From: a bacterium
Lineage (GTDB): Bacteria > Patescibacteriota > Saccharimonadia > CAILAD01 > JADZBC01
Length of the DNA stretch: 64,000 bases
Direction: 5' to 3'
NCBI GenBank assembly: GCA_020852295.1
Contig: JADZBC010000009.1
Coordinates: 104,628 to 168,627, forward strand
Shown one piece after another: positions 1 through 10,078 of the stretch. The position numbers and the translations under genes are program-made. The notes under the pieces were generated by a model. That model searched no databases, was not told the origin of the DNA, and was given only the letters and a program-made list of their open reading frames with translations. Position 1 is the stretch's first letter; every line of letters begins with the position of its first letter.

Positions 1-663
1 GGTGCGGAGCAGGTTGTTATCACGGTGGCCAAGGGGGTATATAGGGATTTTGTTACGATGGATGACGTGCTGAAGCGGGTGGTCGGCAAGAAGTCAGGCT
101 ATGGTCTGCTTTATGGTCCAATGCTAGCTTCTGAGATTCGCAATGCGCAGCCGGGCTATGGCCTATTGGCGCTCCAGAAGACCAACTTATCTCACGAGAT
201 TGCCCGGGACCTGTCCTTGGGGCACATCTACGCGGAGTTGACTGACGATATTCATAGTGTTGCGTTGTGCGGCGCTCTTAAAAATATCTACGCCGTTGGC
301 TTTGGTATTCATGATGGTTTGGGTTTTGGGGCGAACACAAAGGGGGCGCTTCTCACCAGGTCCCTCATTGAGATGGAGCATATCGTCGATCAGCTGGAGG
401 GTGATCCGCTGGTAGTCTTGAGTGTGGCTGGTGCCGGTGATCTGCTTGCGACTGGCTGGGGTGATCAGTCATTTAATCATCGAGTCGGCCAGGCAATCGC
501 ACTCAGTGGTATGCGCGACGACTTGGTAAGCGAAGGAATTGTGAGCCTCCGTGAGGTTTCGAGCAAGCTGACGCTCACGCAATACCCAATTCTCAATGTT
601 TTGTATCGCATTGTGCAGGGGCATACTCAGCCAGAAACGTTTCGGGAAGTGATTGATGTCTAG
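1..663 (+). CDS. gpsA: NAD(P)H-dependent glycerol-3-phosphate dehydrogenase, C-terminal part (gene starts upstream of window; frame open from nt 1)
   Basis: Translation matches the GpsA C-terminal domain (ALKNIYAVGFGIHDGLGFGANTKGALLTRSL...). The listed ORF starts at a GTG at 25, but the frame is open to position 1. Confidence 0.75.
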   Translation, partial: GAEQVVITVAKGVYRDFVTMDDVLKRVVGKKSGYGLLYGPMLASEIRNAQPGYGLLALQKTNLSHEIARDLSLGHIYAELTDDIHSVALCGALKNIYAVGFGIHDGLGFGANTKGALLTRSLIEMEHIVDQLEGDPLVVLSVAGAGDLLATGWGDQSFNHRVGQAIALSGMRDDLVSEGIVSLREVSSKLTLTQYPILNVLYRIVQGHTQPETFREVIDV

Positions 664-1831
664 TGCGCTCGCCGTTGTGCTGGATGTTGGTACAACAAAA
701 ATAAAGGCCATGGCCTTCAATAGTCAGCTCACGATGCTGCACCACGTTGAGGCTGATGTCAAAAAGACCAAGCCACAATCAGGCTGGGTAGAGCAGGATG
801 CAGAAGAGATATGGCAAATCTCACAGCGGTTACTGGCGCAAATCATTGGTGAATATCCCGGTGAATACATTCAGCTTGGTATTACCAACCAACGCGAGAC
901 GGTTGTAGCTTGGGGCCGAGAATCCGGCAAAGCACTTCATAATGCACTTGTCTGGGAAGACCATCGTGGGGCCGAGCTCTGTCAAAAACTGATCGACAAG
1001 GGGCACGATTCATTCGTGCGGCATCGCACGGGGCTTCACATCAGTCCGTATAGTTCGGCAAGCAAGATTCGATGGCTGCTGGATCAGGAGCAAATCACGC
1101 AGCACAAGGATCTTGTGATCGGCACGCTTGATAGTTGGCTGGCCTATAAGCTGACCGGCCAAGCACTGACCGACTGCACTAATGCCTGTAGGACCCTACT
1201 GTATGATATTCGCCGCCATCATTGGGATGATACATTGCTTGAATTATTCAACATCCCCAAGGGGATACTGCCGGCACTATCCGTGCCCGGAGAAAAAATT
1301 GGCCCAGTTGATAAGAACATATTTAATCGTGAGTTTGATCTAGTTGTAACGATCGGCGACCAGCAGTCGAGTCTTTTCGCGGCCGGGAGTGATCCGGGCA
1401 CATGCAAAATCACGTATGGCACTGGAGTCTTTCCGATGCGTATAGTCGGTAGTCGCTTTATTCTGCATGATTCGCTCATGACTACACTTGCGATCGGCGG
1501 TAACCTTAAGCCGGTTTATGCATGGGAGGGCAAAATTGATAATGCTGCGGCTCGGGTCTCGCCGGTTCTGAATAAGCCCAAAGAGCTCTACGCCACGATG
1601 ATGGAAATTGCCCAAGAAACCCAAAAGGTTCTTGATTTGATCATCGATGATTCGGTGACAGAGATTGTTGTTGACGGGGGCATAAGCCAAAACAATGATA
1701 TATTGCATCGACAGGCAGAGCTGAGCCACAAAGAGATAATCCGTCAAAAATACTACGAAGGTACGGCGCTGGGGGTCGCAAAGTATATCTTTAGCCGCAC
1801 GAAGAAATCAGACGATATGAGCCTGGTGTGA
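653..1831 (+). CDS. glpK: FGGY-family carbohydrate kinase, glycerol-kinase-like (short, 392 aa)
   Basis: N-terminal VLDVGTTKIKAMAF and GITNQRETVVAWGRESGKALHNALVWEDHRG resemble the GlpK signature. It overlaps the gpsA stop. It is shorter than the canonical ~500 aa. Confidence 0.6.
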   Translation: MMSSALAVVLDVGTTKIKAMAFNSQLTMLHHVEADVKKTKPQSGWVEQDAEEIWQISQRLLAQIIGEYPGEYIQLGITNQRETVVAWGRESGKALHNALVWEDHRGAELCQKLIDKGHDSFVRHRTGLHISPYSSASKIRWLLDQEQITQHKDLVIGTLDSWLAYKLTGQALTDCTNACRTLLYDIRRHHWDDTLLELFNIPKGILPALSVPGEKIGPVDKNIFNREFDLVVTIGDQQSSLFAAGSDPGTCKITYGTGVFPMRIVGSRFILHDSLMTTLAIGGNLKPVYAWEGKIDNAAARVSPVLNKPKELYATMMEIAQETQKVLDLIIDDSVTEIVVDGGISQNNDILHRQAELSHKEIIRQKYYEGTALGVAKYIFSRTKKSDDMSLV

Positions 1832-1849
1832 TAGAGTAGAAGCATAAGC

Positions 1850-3043
1850 ATGACACGATATCGCAAAATAGTAATAGTTGGCGGCGGGTTTGGCGGTGTT
1901 AAGGCAGCGCTAAGACTTGCCAATAAAGAAGGCTTCTGGGTGCGACTCATCTCGCCAAAGTCGTATTTTGAGTATCATGCAGCACTGTATCGATCTGCGA
2001 CAGGACATTCCCCACTTGAGGTTGCTATACCGCTCGACGAGCTCTTTGCGAGATCGAACAATGTCGAAGTGGTTGAGGATGCGGTTGTCGGTATGGACGC
2101 CGAGAAGAAGACGCTTACTGGCAAATCAGGGGCTCACTATGAATACGATGAGGTGATTTTTGCGCTGGGCTCAGTCACGAACTACTTTGGTATTCCTGGG
2201 GTTGATCGCTTTGCCTACGGTATGAAAAGTGTGCAGGAGGCTCTTGAGCTCAAAACGCATCTTCATGAACAACTCACAAACCACGATCACGACCATACGT
2301 ATGTCGTAATCGGTGGTGGCGCATCGGGCATCGAGCTCGCCGGGGAACTGGTTGGTTACGAATCTCGCATCCGCCGGGCCCATCACGTGCAGAATAAGTT
2401 TCAGGTAGATTTGATGGAGGCAGCCCCTCGGTTGGTGGCATCACTTGGTGAACGATATTCAAAGAAGATCCGCCAGCGCCTCGGTGCCCTCGGCGTTCAT
2501 GTTATGACCGATTCGTGCGTTGTAAAAGAGACGCTTGATGAGCTCAAACTCAAGCATACATCGGTTCATTCACATACAGTGGTCTGGACAGCTGGTCAAA
2601 CAACACATCCATTTTTTGCACAGTATCCAGAGGTATTTTCATTCAGCAAAAAAGGCAAAGTGAAGGTCGATATGTATATGCGTGCCGCAAAACACATCTA
2701 CGTGATAGGTGATTGTGCCGACACGCAGTATTCGGGTATGGCGCAAACCGCGATCCATGACGCCAACTACGTTGCCGATCAGCTTATTCGTCGATATTGG
2801 GATTGGGACGTAACTCCGTATCGGCCGAAGCGACCAGTCTACGTAATCCCAGTCGGGCCAAAGTGGGCGGCTGTCCGATGGGGTAATTTTGAAGCTTACG
2901 GCTATCTTGGCTGGCTGATTCGCCGCATAGCTGATTTGCGATTATTCCTTATGCTACTCAGTATTTCGCAGGCCTTCGCGGTTTGGCACTACGGTGTTGT
3001 CCGCGAAGAGGCGTGTCCAATCTGTCGGGTCGATACTCACTAG
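1850..3043 (+). CDS. ndh: type II NADH dehydrogenase / FAD-dependent pyridine nucleotide-disulfide oxidoreductase
   Basis: N-terminal Rossmann motif KIVIVGGGFGGV. A second dinucleotide motif YVVIGGGASGIELAGEL. Length is about 400 aa. Confidence 0.65.
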   Translation: MTRYRKIVIVGGGFGGVKAALRLANKEGFWVRLISPKSYFEYHAALYRSATGHSPLEVAIPLDELFARSNNVEVVEDAVVGMDAEKKTLTGKSGAHYEYDEVIFALGSVTNYFGIPGVDRFAYGMKSVQEALELKTHLHEQLTNHDHDHTYVVIGGGASGIELAGELVGYESRIRRAHHVQNKFQVDLMEAAPRLVASLGERYSKKIRQRLGALGVHVMTDSCVVKETLDELKLKHTSVHSHTVVWTAGQTTHPFFAQYPEVFSFSKKGKVKVDMYMRAAKHIYVIGDCADTQYSGMAQTAIHDANYVADQLIRRYWDWDVTPYRPKRPVYVIPVGPKWAAVRWGNFEAYGYLGWLIRRIADLRLFLMLLSISQAFAVWHYGVVREEACPICRVDTH

Positions 3044-3081
3044 GTTCGTGTCTAGTCGCCCAAGTGGTGTAAAATGGTCAC

Positions 3082-4236
3082 ATGACTAAAAACCACTCTT
3101 TTGATGAACTGGCCCTTGAGGCCCATGAAAAACTTCGCGGCAAGATAGAAGTTGTCGCCAAAACGGCTGTGCGCACAGCGGAGGATTTGAGCTTGTATTA
3201 CACGCCCGGTGTTGGCGCGGTTTCACGGCTGCTCGGCGAGAAGCCAGAGCTCGCCAAAGCTTACACGATCAAAAGCAACACCGTTGCGGTCGTATCCGAT
3301 GGCTCAGCAGTGTTGGGCCTGGGCAATATCGGCCCTGAGGGTGCGTTGCCGGTCATGGAGGGTAAGGCCATGCTCTTTAAAGAGCTCGCTGGTGTCGATG
3401 CGTTTCCGATCGTGCTTGATACGCAAGACGAGCAGGAGATCATTGATACTGTTGCGCGGATTGCCCCAGCTTTTGGCGGAATAAACCTTGAGGATATCGC
3501 GGCTCCAAAATGCTTTGCGATCGAGCGAGCTTTACAGGCGCAACTCAGTATACCGGTGGTACATGATGATCAGCACGCCACCGCTATTGTAGTGTTGGCC
3601 GGCCTTATGAATGCGACTAAGGTCGTCAATAAAGAACCGTCTAAGCTAAGGGTGGTAATTTCTGGAGCGGGAGCAGCTGGTAGTGGTGTGGCGCGCCTGA
3701 TTCATGCTTGGGGCGTCGCCGATATTGTCGTAACAGATAGTAAGGGGATCGTGAGTGCTGCGCGCGAAGATCTCAATGATGAGAAGCGGCAACTGCTTGA
3801 AGTGACGAACCAACAGGGCTTGAGTGGCTCAGTTGGTGATGCCCTGGAGGGCGCAGATGTGTTTCTGGGCCTATCGCAGCCAAACGTGATTAGCACGGAA
3901 GATGTTGCTCGCATGGCACCGAACCCGATTGTCTTTGCCATGGCAAATCCTCAGCCAGAGATACTCCCAGAAGATGCACTTCGGGGCGGCGCAGCAGTGG
4001 TAGCTACTGGCCGGAGCGACTATCCTAATCAGATAAACAACGTACTGGTATTTCCGGGCTTGTTCAAAGGACTTATTCGGTCTGGGGTGACCCATGTGAG
4101 CGACGGGATGAAGTTGGCCGCCGCCGCGGCGTTGGCTGCTGTCATCGAGTCGCCTACGGCCGAGCAGATCATACCATCAGTTTTTGATAAAACCGTTGTA
4201 GATGCAATAGCTAGGGCGGTGGAGGAGGTTAAATGA
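3082..4236 (+). CDS. NAD(P)-dependent malic enzyme (short MaeA/SfcA-type)
   Basis: YYTPGVGAVSRLL..., VVSDGSAVLGLGNIGPEGALPVMEGKAMLFKELAGVDAFPI and a VISGAGAAGSG Rossmann motif are typical of malic enzyme. Confidence 0.8.
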   Translation: MTKNHSFDELALEAHEKLRGKIEVVAKTAVRTAEDLSLYYTPGVGAVSRLLGEKPELAKAYTIKSNTVAVVSDGSAVLGLGNIGPEGALPVMEGKAMLFKELAGVDAFPIVLDTQDEQEIIDTVARIAPAFGGINLEDIAAPKCFAIERALQAQLSIPVVHDDQHATAIVVLAGLMNATKVVNKEPSKLRVVISGAGAAGSGVARLIHAWGVADIVVTDSKGIVSAAREDLNDEKRQLLEVTNQQGLSGSVGDALEGADVFLGLSQPNVISTEDVARMAPNPIVFAMANPQPEILPEDALRGGAAVVATGRSDYPNQINNVLVFPGLFKGLIRSGVTHVSDGMKLAAAAALAAVIESPTAEQIIPSVFDKTVVDAIARAVEEVK

Positions 4237-4874
4237 TTGTAGTTGACGTCGAAGCAAGTGGCATCGACCCGAAGAAAAATTCTATTCTTAGCCTAGGGGC
4301 AGTTGATTTTTTCAATCCCACAAACCAATTTTATGAAGAGTGTCGTGTTTGGCACGGTGCCGAGATTGATCATAGCGCGCTTGAATATTGCGGCTTCACC
4401 CTTCAAGAGGCGACCGACCCTAAAAAACAGTCTGATGGTGAGTTGCTGGAGCACTTTTTCAAATGGGCACAGGGCTGCCGCGAAATCACTATGGCTGGAG
4501 AAAATGTCGTATGGCTTGATCTGGCAATTATTAGCGCAACCGCAGAGCGTACTGGCATAGATCATGAGTTTGCTTTTAAGTCGCAGTTTAGTTACCAGGG
4601 CCCTATGCCGTTTGGTTATCGAACCGTTGATCTGCACTCGCTGTCTTACGCTCATCATTTAAGTCGAGACATCCGGCCGCGTATGCAAAAAGGGCTTTCA
4701 AAGTTGAGCCTCGATGAAACACTCCAGTACGTTGGTCTCGAGCCCGAGCCCAAGCCACACAACGGACTCAATGGCGCCAAGCTGGAGGCAGAGGCTTTTA
4801 GCCGACTCATGTATGGCAGACCACTGCTTGATGAGTACAAAAGCTTACCGATTCCAGAATATCTGCGCCGTTAG
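4233..4874 (+). CDS. DEDD-family 3'-5' exonuclease (DnaQ/oligoribonuclease-like)
   Basis: N-terminal IVVDVEASGIDPKKNSILSLGAV (Exo I motif). C-terminal H-x4-D pattern. ATGA overlap with the upstream gene. Confidence 0.6.
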   Translation: MIVVDVEASGIDPKKNSILSLGAVDFFNPTNQFYEECRVWHGAEIDHSALEYCGFTLQEATDPKKQSDGELLEHFFKWAQGCREITMAGENVVWLDLAIISATAERTGIDHEFAFKSQFSYQGPMPFGYRTVDLHSLSYAHHLSRDIRPRMQKGLSKLSLDETLQYVGLEPEPKPHNGLNGAKLEAEAFSRLMYGRPLLDEYKSLPIPEYLRR

Positions 4875-4903
4875 CCTGAAGCTGCTTATGCTATAATTCG
4901 AGC

Positions 4904-5914
4904 ATGACTTATCTGATAGTCGTTGCATTATTGTTGCTTTCAGCGCTTTTTTCCGGCATGAATCTTGGGTTGATGAGCCTCGACCCTCATGAACTAGAGC
5001 GTAAGATTGCGTTAGGTGATGCTCGCGCTGCAAAAATATTTCCATTGCGGCGACGCGGCAATCTATTACTGGTTACCCTGTTGATTGGTAACGTCGCCGT
5101 CAACTCAACCCTTGCAATTTTTATGGGCTCCATCGCAGTTGGTGTAGTAGCGGTTCTCGTCTCTACAGCACTCATCACTATTCTTGGAGAAATAATACCC
5201 CAAGCACTGTTTTCACGATACGCCTTAAGTGTCGGTTCAAAATTAGCTGGAATTGTTCGATTTTTTGTAATAGTTTTGTGGCCGATTTGTGCACCGATTG
5301 CTTGGGTGCTGGACAAAATATTCGGTGATGAATTGCCGACAGTGTACTCAAAAACAGAACTATTAAAAATTGTTGAGGAGCATCGTCGGTCTGAACATAG
5401 TGACGTTGATACTGACGAGCAGCGCATTATAAAAGGTGCATTGTCGTTTTCGGAGAGACTCGTCAATGAGGTAATGACGCCCCGTTCAATGATGGTCGCG
5501 ATCGAGGAGCATACGCCACTAACAACTCAGAAGATTGAAGAGCTGCAGGCGAGTGGGCAATCCCGGATACCCGTCTATGATACGCGTATCGATACCGTTG
5601 TAGGTATGCTCTACATGCGCGACCTGGTAGGGGTCACGCGTACTCAAAAAACGGCCGGTGACTTATGTCGTGAGAAGGTTTTCTTTATTCATGAACACGA
5701 TAGTCTCGACGATGCCCTCAACCAATTCCTTAAAACCCATCACCATCTCTTCATTGTCGTAAACGACTTCGCCGAGGTTGAAGGAGTACTGAGTATAGAG
5801 GATGTGCTTGAGGCTATCATCCACAAGGAAATAGTTGATGAATTTGATAAATATCACGACATGCGGGCGGTTGCCAAAAAACGGGCCCATGAATCAAAGC
5901 CTAAGATTGGCTAG
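4904..5914 (+). CDS. CNNM/DUF21 transmembrane domain + CBS-pair protein (hemolysin/TlyC/CorC family)
   Basis: LLSALFSGMNLGLMSLDP motif of DUF21. Downstream CBS-like segments. Confidence 0.75.
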   Translation: MTYLIVVALLLLSALFSGMNLGLMSLDPHELERKIALGDARAAKIFPLRRRGNLLLVTLLIGNVAVNSTLAIFMGSIAVGVVAVLVSTALITILGEIIPQALFSRYALSVGSKLAGIVRFFVIVLWPICAPIAWVLDKIFGDELPTVYSKTELLKIVEEHRRSEHSDVDTDEQRIIKGALSFSERLVNEVMTPRSMMVAIEEHTPLTTQKIEELQASGQSRIPVYDTRIDTVVGMLYMRDLVGVTRTQKTAGDLCREKVFFIHEHDSLDDALNQFLKTHHHLFIVVNDFAEVEGVLSIEDVLEAIIHKEIVDEFDKYHDMRAVAKKRAHESKPKIG

Positions 5915-5978
5915 CTTGCAGCAGATAGGCGTAAGAGCTATAGTTGTAGGTATAGTAAATAACTAAGGAAAGAATATT

Positions 5979-6326
5979 ATGCCAGCTACAAAAAAGGCTG
6001 CCTCGAGTGCAAAAGAAAAAGATCAAAACATTAAGACGATTGCCGCTCTGGCATATATCATTTTCTTCTTGCCGCTTCTGACCAACCGCGACTCGAAATT
6101 CGCCATGTATCACGCTAATCAGGGCTTGCTCGTACTCTTAACCTCAGTTGTACTCAACGTTGCCTTTTCAGTATTGAGCATTGCTCTCATCTTTAGCGGC
6201 CTGTTCTTCCTGTTCTGGGTACCAGGCGCCGTTACGGTTGTACTCGCAATCCTCGGTATTCTTAATGCGCTCAATGGCGAGATGAAGCCACTACCAGTAA
6301 TCGGAAATATTACGCTGATTAAATAA
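5979..6326 (+). CDS. small membrane protein, DUF4870-like
   Basis: AYIIFFLPLL...RDS.FAMYHANQGL motif followed by 2 TM helices. Confidence 0.5.
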   Translation: MPATKKAASSAKEKDQNIKTIAALAYIIFFLPLLTNRDSKFAMYHANQGLLVLLTSVVLNVAFSVLSIALIFSGLFFLFWVPGAVTVVLAILGILNALNGEMKPLPVIGNITLIK

Positions 6327-6931
6327 TGGACATTAAACGACGACCAACAAGCACGAAACCAGCAGCACAGCCAACCAATACGGTGGCTGCCGCAAGCGAT
6401 GCGCCTGCCAAATCCGGCAATAAGCGACGCAAGATACTGATTGTCGTCTCGGCAATTGTTGTTTGTGGTGTGCTTGGCTATGGCATCTATCAGTTGGTTA
6501 TTGGTATGCTTTTTCAGCAGAAACTATCAGAGATTCCAAAACCAAATGTAAGTATTGAGACGAAGGACGGGCGACTGACCCTCAAAGGGCCAAATGGTAA
6601 ATCTGTCACCACCGGTAGTAAACTTCCTCAAAACTTTCCATCCGATGTACTGATCTATAACGGGGCAAATATTCGAACCGCTATACAGTCTGGCGATTCT
6701 ACCAATGTCATCATGTATGTTCCTACTGAGATTGCCAAAGTCACCGATGCCTACAAGAAAGAGTCTGTTGCTAAGGGCTGGAAGCTGACTGGTCAGGGGA
6801 GTTCGCTCGGTAAAGTTACGGTACTTTCTTTTGAGAAAGATGGTCGACGATTATCCGTACAACTAACGGCTTCGACGCAGAATGGAAGCAATGGAACGGG
6901 CGTTAACCTCACGGTTGGCCCTAAGAAATAG
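6326..6931 (+). CDS. hypothetical membrane-anchored protein
   Basis: Long ORF with ATGA overlap with the previous gene. Single N-terminal TM. No recognised domain. Confidence 0.4.
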   Translation: MDIKRRPTSTKPAAQPTNTVAAASDAPAKSGNKRRKILIVVSAIVVCGVLGYGIYQLVIGMLFQQKLSEIPKPNVSIETKDGRLTLKGPNGKSVTTGSKLPQNFPSDVLIYNGANIRTAIQSGDSTNVIMYVPTEIAKVTDAYKKESVAKGWKLTGQGSSLGKVTVLSFEKDGRRLSVQLTASTQNGSNGTGVNLTVGPKK

Positions 6932-6967
6932 CTCAAAGCATAGCTGTATTGTGCTACACTAAACTCA

Positions 6968-7540
6968 ATGTTTCGTCACCTGTTTCCTAAAATATTTCGC
7001 ATTAGCCTAGCTGGTGCACTACTCATTATAAGTTTGAGCTTGGCTGCACTTGTTATTTCTAATCGTGCCAACATTGCTTCAAAGTTTAGCAATGCTGTTT
7101 CGCCGGTTGCCCAACAGTCTTTTGCAACGCAGCTACAGGGCTTGAATGATAATAAAGTCTTAAACTTCGCAGTCATTGTCATTACATGGAGTGGCGTCGG
7201 ACTCGTTGCCTACACCATCATCTGGATTGGTATGCTGATTTTGACAGAGGCTCGTAACGACATCGTTGTTGAGACTGAGTATGTAAATCGTGGACCGCTT
7301 AAAGATCGCTTAAGGGTGCCTCTCATCCAGATAGCGTTACTAGTAACCACATTGCTTGTTTTGGGCTTGAGTTTTAACAACCTTTTTCCGATATGGTCTG
7401 TCTTTTTTGCAGAGTTTGTATGGCGAATTCCAACCGATCTATTGGGGAGCATACCTAACTTCTTGATATCTGTTGGCGGGCTTTCGCTCAACGCCTATGT
7501 GGTCAAGGTATTGTTTACCGCGCTTATATCAATCGAGTGA
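6968..7540 (+). CDS. hypothetical polytopic membrane protein
   Basis: Long ORF with several hydrophobic segments. Confidence 0.4.
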   Translation: MFRHLFPKIFRISLAGALLIISLSLAALVISNRANIASKFSNAVSPVAQQSFATQLQGLNDNKVLNFAVIVITWSGVGLVAYTIIWIGMLILTEARNDIVVETEYVNRGPLKDRLRVPLIQIALLVTTLLVLGLSFNNLFPIWSVFFAEFVWRIPTDLLGSIPNFLISVGGLSLNAYVVKVLFTALISIE

Positions 7541-7541
7541 T

Positions 7542-8168
7542 TTAATACTTTCGGATGAGGCCAATCACGACGCCCTGTATCTTCAGGGGCGTGCCGGGCT
7601 CTACATAGATAGGCTCCATTGAGGAGTTGGCGGGTTGCAAACGAATGCGACGAGCCTCCTTGTAGTAGCGTTTGAGTGTAGCTTCTGAGTTATTGACGAG
7701 CGCAACAACGACTTCACCGTTACTCGGTACTTCCTTCTCTTGCACGACCACATAGTCACCGTCGTGGATGCCGTCTTCGATCATGCTCTCACCCTTTACC
7801 TGCAATACATAGCTATGCTTGCGGCCAACCATAAATGGTGGTACTTCGAGTGTTTCGGTGTGTCCTTCGGTCGTTTCAATTGGTCGACCTGCAGCGATCA
7901 GTCCAAGAATTGGCAAAGCTACGCCATCGCCTTGAGTGATAGCCGCTTCCACTTCTTCGACGGGGAGGAGAGAGCGAGCGGAGTTATTGCCCTTGGTGAG
8001 TAAGCCTTTACCGACCAAAGCCTCGATGTGCTGCGCCACGGTGGCGACCGAGCTAAGCTTTAAGCCATTGGCGATCTCGCGGTAGCTTGGTGAATACCCG
8101 CGTTGCTCAATAAAGCTCGTGACGTAGTCTAGAGTACGACGCTGTTTTTTGGTCAAGGCACTTTTCAT
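7542..8168 (-). CDS. lexA: LexA repressor (SOS regulator, S24 peptidase)
   Basis: N-terminal wHTH (YSPSYREIANGLKLSSVATVAQHIEALVGKGLL). AG cleavage site (LIAAGRP). Ser/Lys peptidase motif (VKGESMIEDGIHDGDYVVV). Confidence 0.85.
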   Translation of the reverse strand: MKSALTKKQRRTLDYVTSFIEQRGYSPSYREIANGLKLSSVATVAQHIEALVGKGLLTKGNNSARSLLPVEEVEAAITQGDGVALPILGLIAAGRPIETTEGHTETLEVPPFMVGRKHSYVLQVKGESMIEDGIHDGDYVVVQEKEVPSNGEVVVALVNNSEATLKRYYKEARRIRLQPANSSMEPIYVEPGTPLKIQGVVIGLIRKY

Positions 8169-8199
8169 ATTCCCTCCTTACAAAAACTATATTGGCTAT

Positions 8200-8229
8200 A
8201 GTATAACGAACAGTAACCGAACTTGTCAA
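8200..8229 (-). promoter_or_regulatory. sigma70-type promoter for lexA: TTGACA-N18-TATACT on the minus strand, with GTTCGGTTACTGTTCG in the spacer as a candidate operator
   Basis: The minus-strand reading gives GCTTGACAAGTTCGGTTACTGTTCGTTATACTAT about 35 nt upstream of the lexA ATG. Confidence 0.45.
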
Positions 8230-8231
8230 GC

Positions 8232-8277
8232 AAACAAATGCGGGAGGCTTATAAGCTTTTCCCGCATCTGTTTGTTG
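8232..8277 (-). terminator. hairpin after the small upstream gene (acaaatgcggga...tcccgcatctgt)
   Basis: About 13 bp imperfect inverted repeat around a palindromic loop (gcttataagc), immediately 3' of the 8279..8479 gene on the minus strand. Confidence 0.45.
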
Positions 8278-8278
8278 T

Positions 8279-8479
8279 CTAATTTTCTTCAGGTACGTTG
8301 AGTTCGTTGTACTGAGCTTCGGTAACAAATCGAGTTAGATTGGTGCCGTTGTTCTGCGCACGAACTGCGTAACGAGTCTGAGTGCTGCCATTCTTGGTCT
8401 CGCGGACAAACTTCTTCTTGGTCAGTTTGCTGTCGTCAATCTCGACCTTGGCACGGGCCTTTACGTCGTAAAACTGCAT
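8279..8479 (-). CDS. small hypothetical protein (66 aa), basic, upstream of lexA
   Basis: ORF has an SD-like aggagg upstream and its own terminator hairpin. No domain recognised. Confidence 0.45.
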   Translation of the reverse strand: MQFYDVKARAKVEIDDSKLTKKKFVRETKNGSTQTRYAVRAQNNGTNLTRFVTEAQYNELNVPEEN

Positions 8480-8619
8480 TTTTCTTCACCTCCTCCCTTA
8501 GTATGAATTTAGCCTCAGGTTCGCACAGCTCGCCTCACAATGCAATCATGAGCGCTATTCTAAGCTTGCGAATTTTTGTATCTCGGCGTTTAATAAGGCT
8601 AGTAAATAAGGTGTAGAGT

Positions 8620-9762
8620 ATGAAAAAACTAATTTTAGCTATGCAAGTTGGGCTCGTCGCGCTTGTGTTGGCGGTCATGACATTTGGCGTGGCTCACGCG
8701 GCCGAGACGCAGAAGCTTGTGACACTCGGCAAAGATGAAGTCTTCGACGGCTTTTTTGTACGAGCCGGCTCCATAATTAAAGTTAACGGTACAGTCAATG
8801 GTGATGTCTTTTTGGCTGGGCAGGACATCACTCTGGCGGGGCGTATCAATGGAAATGTTTACGCCGCAGCCCAGACGATTACGATCAAGGGCGAGGTGAC
8901 CGGTAGCGTACATCTGGCCGCCGCTCGAGTGGATGTCTCAGCTCCAGTCGATGGCACCGGCCTGGTGGCTGCTTCTGACCTTGAGGTTGCCAAAGAGGGG
9001 AGCTTTGGCCGCGGTTTGGTCAGCGGTGTGTCCACCGCCGACATTGCCGGAAAAGTCGGTGGGCCAATGTATCTCGGTGCATCGACGGTCAATCTCGAAA
9101 ACGAGGTAACTGGCTCTGCCACGATCGGCGCCGAGCAGATTGTAGTCTCGGGTGACGGCAAGTTTGGTAATGACCTTAAGTACTACTCTGACACCAAAGA
9201 TCAGGTTGCCAAAGAAAAAGTCGCTGGTCAGCTTACCTATGTGAAGCCACAAGCTGAGACGAGGACAAACGCAGCCACTGTACTGGCCTCGGTCATCTAT
9301 GGTCTTCTTGCGAGCCTTGTGCTTGGACTCACGCTGCTTTACCTGGCACCACGTAGTACTGCAGCAGTAGCTGACTACATCCAGCGCAAACCGTTTGTGG
9401 CGGTTGCATCTGGATTTGGTTTTGTCATCCTTGTACCGCTGGCGGTGATCTTTACCTTTGTAACTGTTATCGGTATTCCGCTAGCAGTGGTTGTGGGCTT
9501 ACTCTATGGCGTAACGCTCTTTGTCGGTGAGCTCTTTGTGGCGCTCTGGGTAGGACGTACACTGCTCAAGACGACCGACTCCAAGGTAGGCGCGAATGCG
9601 CTCGCACTCCTCGCCGGACTCGTTGTATTGGCAGCTCTCAAGCTGATACCGGTGGGTGGAGTATTTGTGGCACTGCTGGCATTCTTTGCCGGAGTGGGTG
9701 CTCTCGTGGCGCGCTCGATCGAGCGTATCAGTGCAGTACACCGCTCTCAGAGTCGAGCGTAA
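8620..9762 (+). CDS. bactofilin-like beta-helical repeat protein with C-terminal polytopic membrane domain
   Basis: Signal/TM at the N-terminus. Repeated V-x-G-x-V/INGNV/VTGSV motifs typical of polymer-forming bactofilin (DUF583) beta-helix. Four or more C-terminal TM helices. Confidence 0.5.
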   Translation: MKKLILAMQVGLVALVLAVMTFGVAHAAETQKLVTLGKDEVFDGFFVRAGSIIKVNGTVNGDVFLAGQDITLAGRINGNVYAAAQTITIKGEVTGSVHLAAARVDVSAPVDGTGLVAASDLEVAKEGSFGRGLVSGVSTADIAGKVGGPMYLGASTVNLENEVTGSATIGAEQIVVSGDGKFGNDLKYYSDTKDQVAKEKVAGQLTYVKPQAETRTNAATVLASVIYGLLASLVLGLTLLYLAPRSTAAVADYIQRKPFVAVASGFGFVILVPLAVIFTFVTVIGIPLAVVVGLLYGVTLFVGELFVALWVGRTLLKTTDSKVGANALALLAGLVVLAALKLIPVGGVFVALLAFFAGVGALVARSIERISAVHRSQSRA

Positions 9763-9850
9763 TCTGTCCTAACCTATTGACAAGCATTACCAGGTTGCGT
9801 AATCTGTAAACCGTAAGCGTATTATTAAGTAAATAAGGAAGAAAAACCAT

Positions 9851-10048
9851 ATGGCATTTTCACACGTCAACTCAAAAGGGCAGACTTACTACCTGCACCA
9901 ACGCGAAGTAACACTTAAGGGTGGTCGTCTTCAGACCATTTACTTCTTCGCTCGCGAAGTAAAAGATGGTGCAATCGATGAACTACCAGCAGGTATGACC
10001 ATCGTAGAAAACACCCGAACCGGTCTCCCAATTCTCAAGAAGGCCTAG
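9851..10048 (+). CDS. small hypothetical protein (65 aa)
   Basis: Good SD (aaggaag) 8 nt upstream. No domain recognised. Confidence 0.4.
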   Translation: MAFSHVNSKGQTYYLHQREVTLKGGRLQTIYFFAREVKDGAIDELPAGMTIVENTRTGLPILKKA

Positions 10049-10078
10049 TAGCGACTAATTAACTCAAGGAGGATTCCT

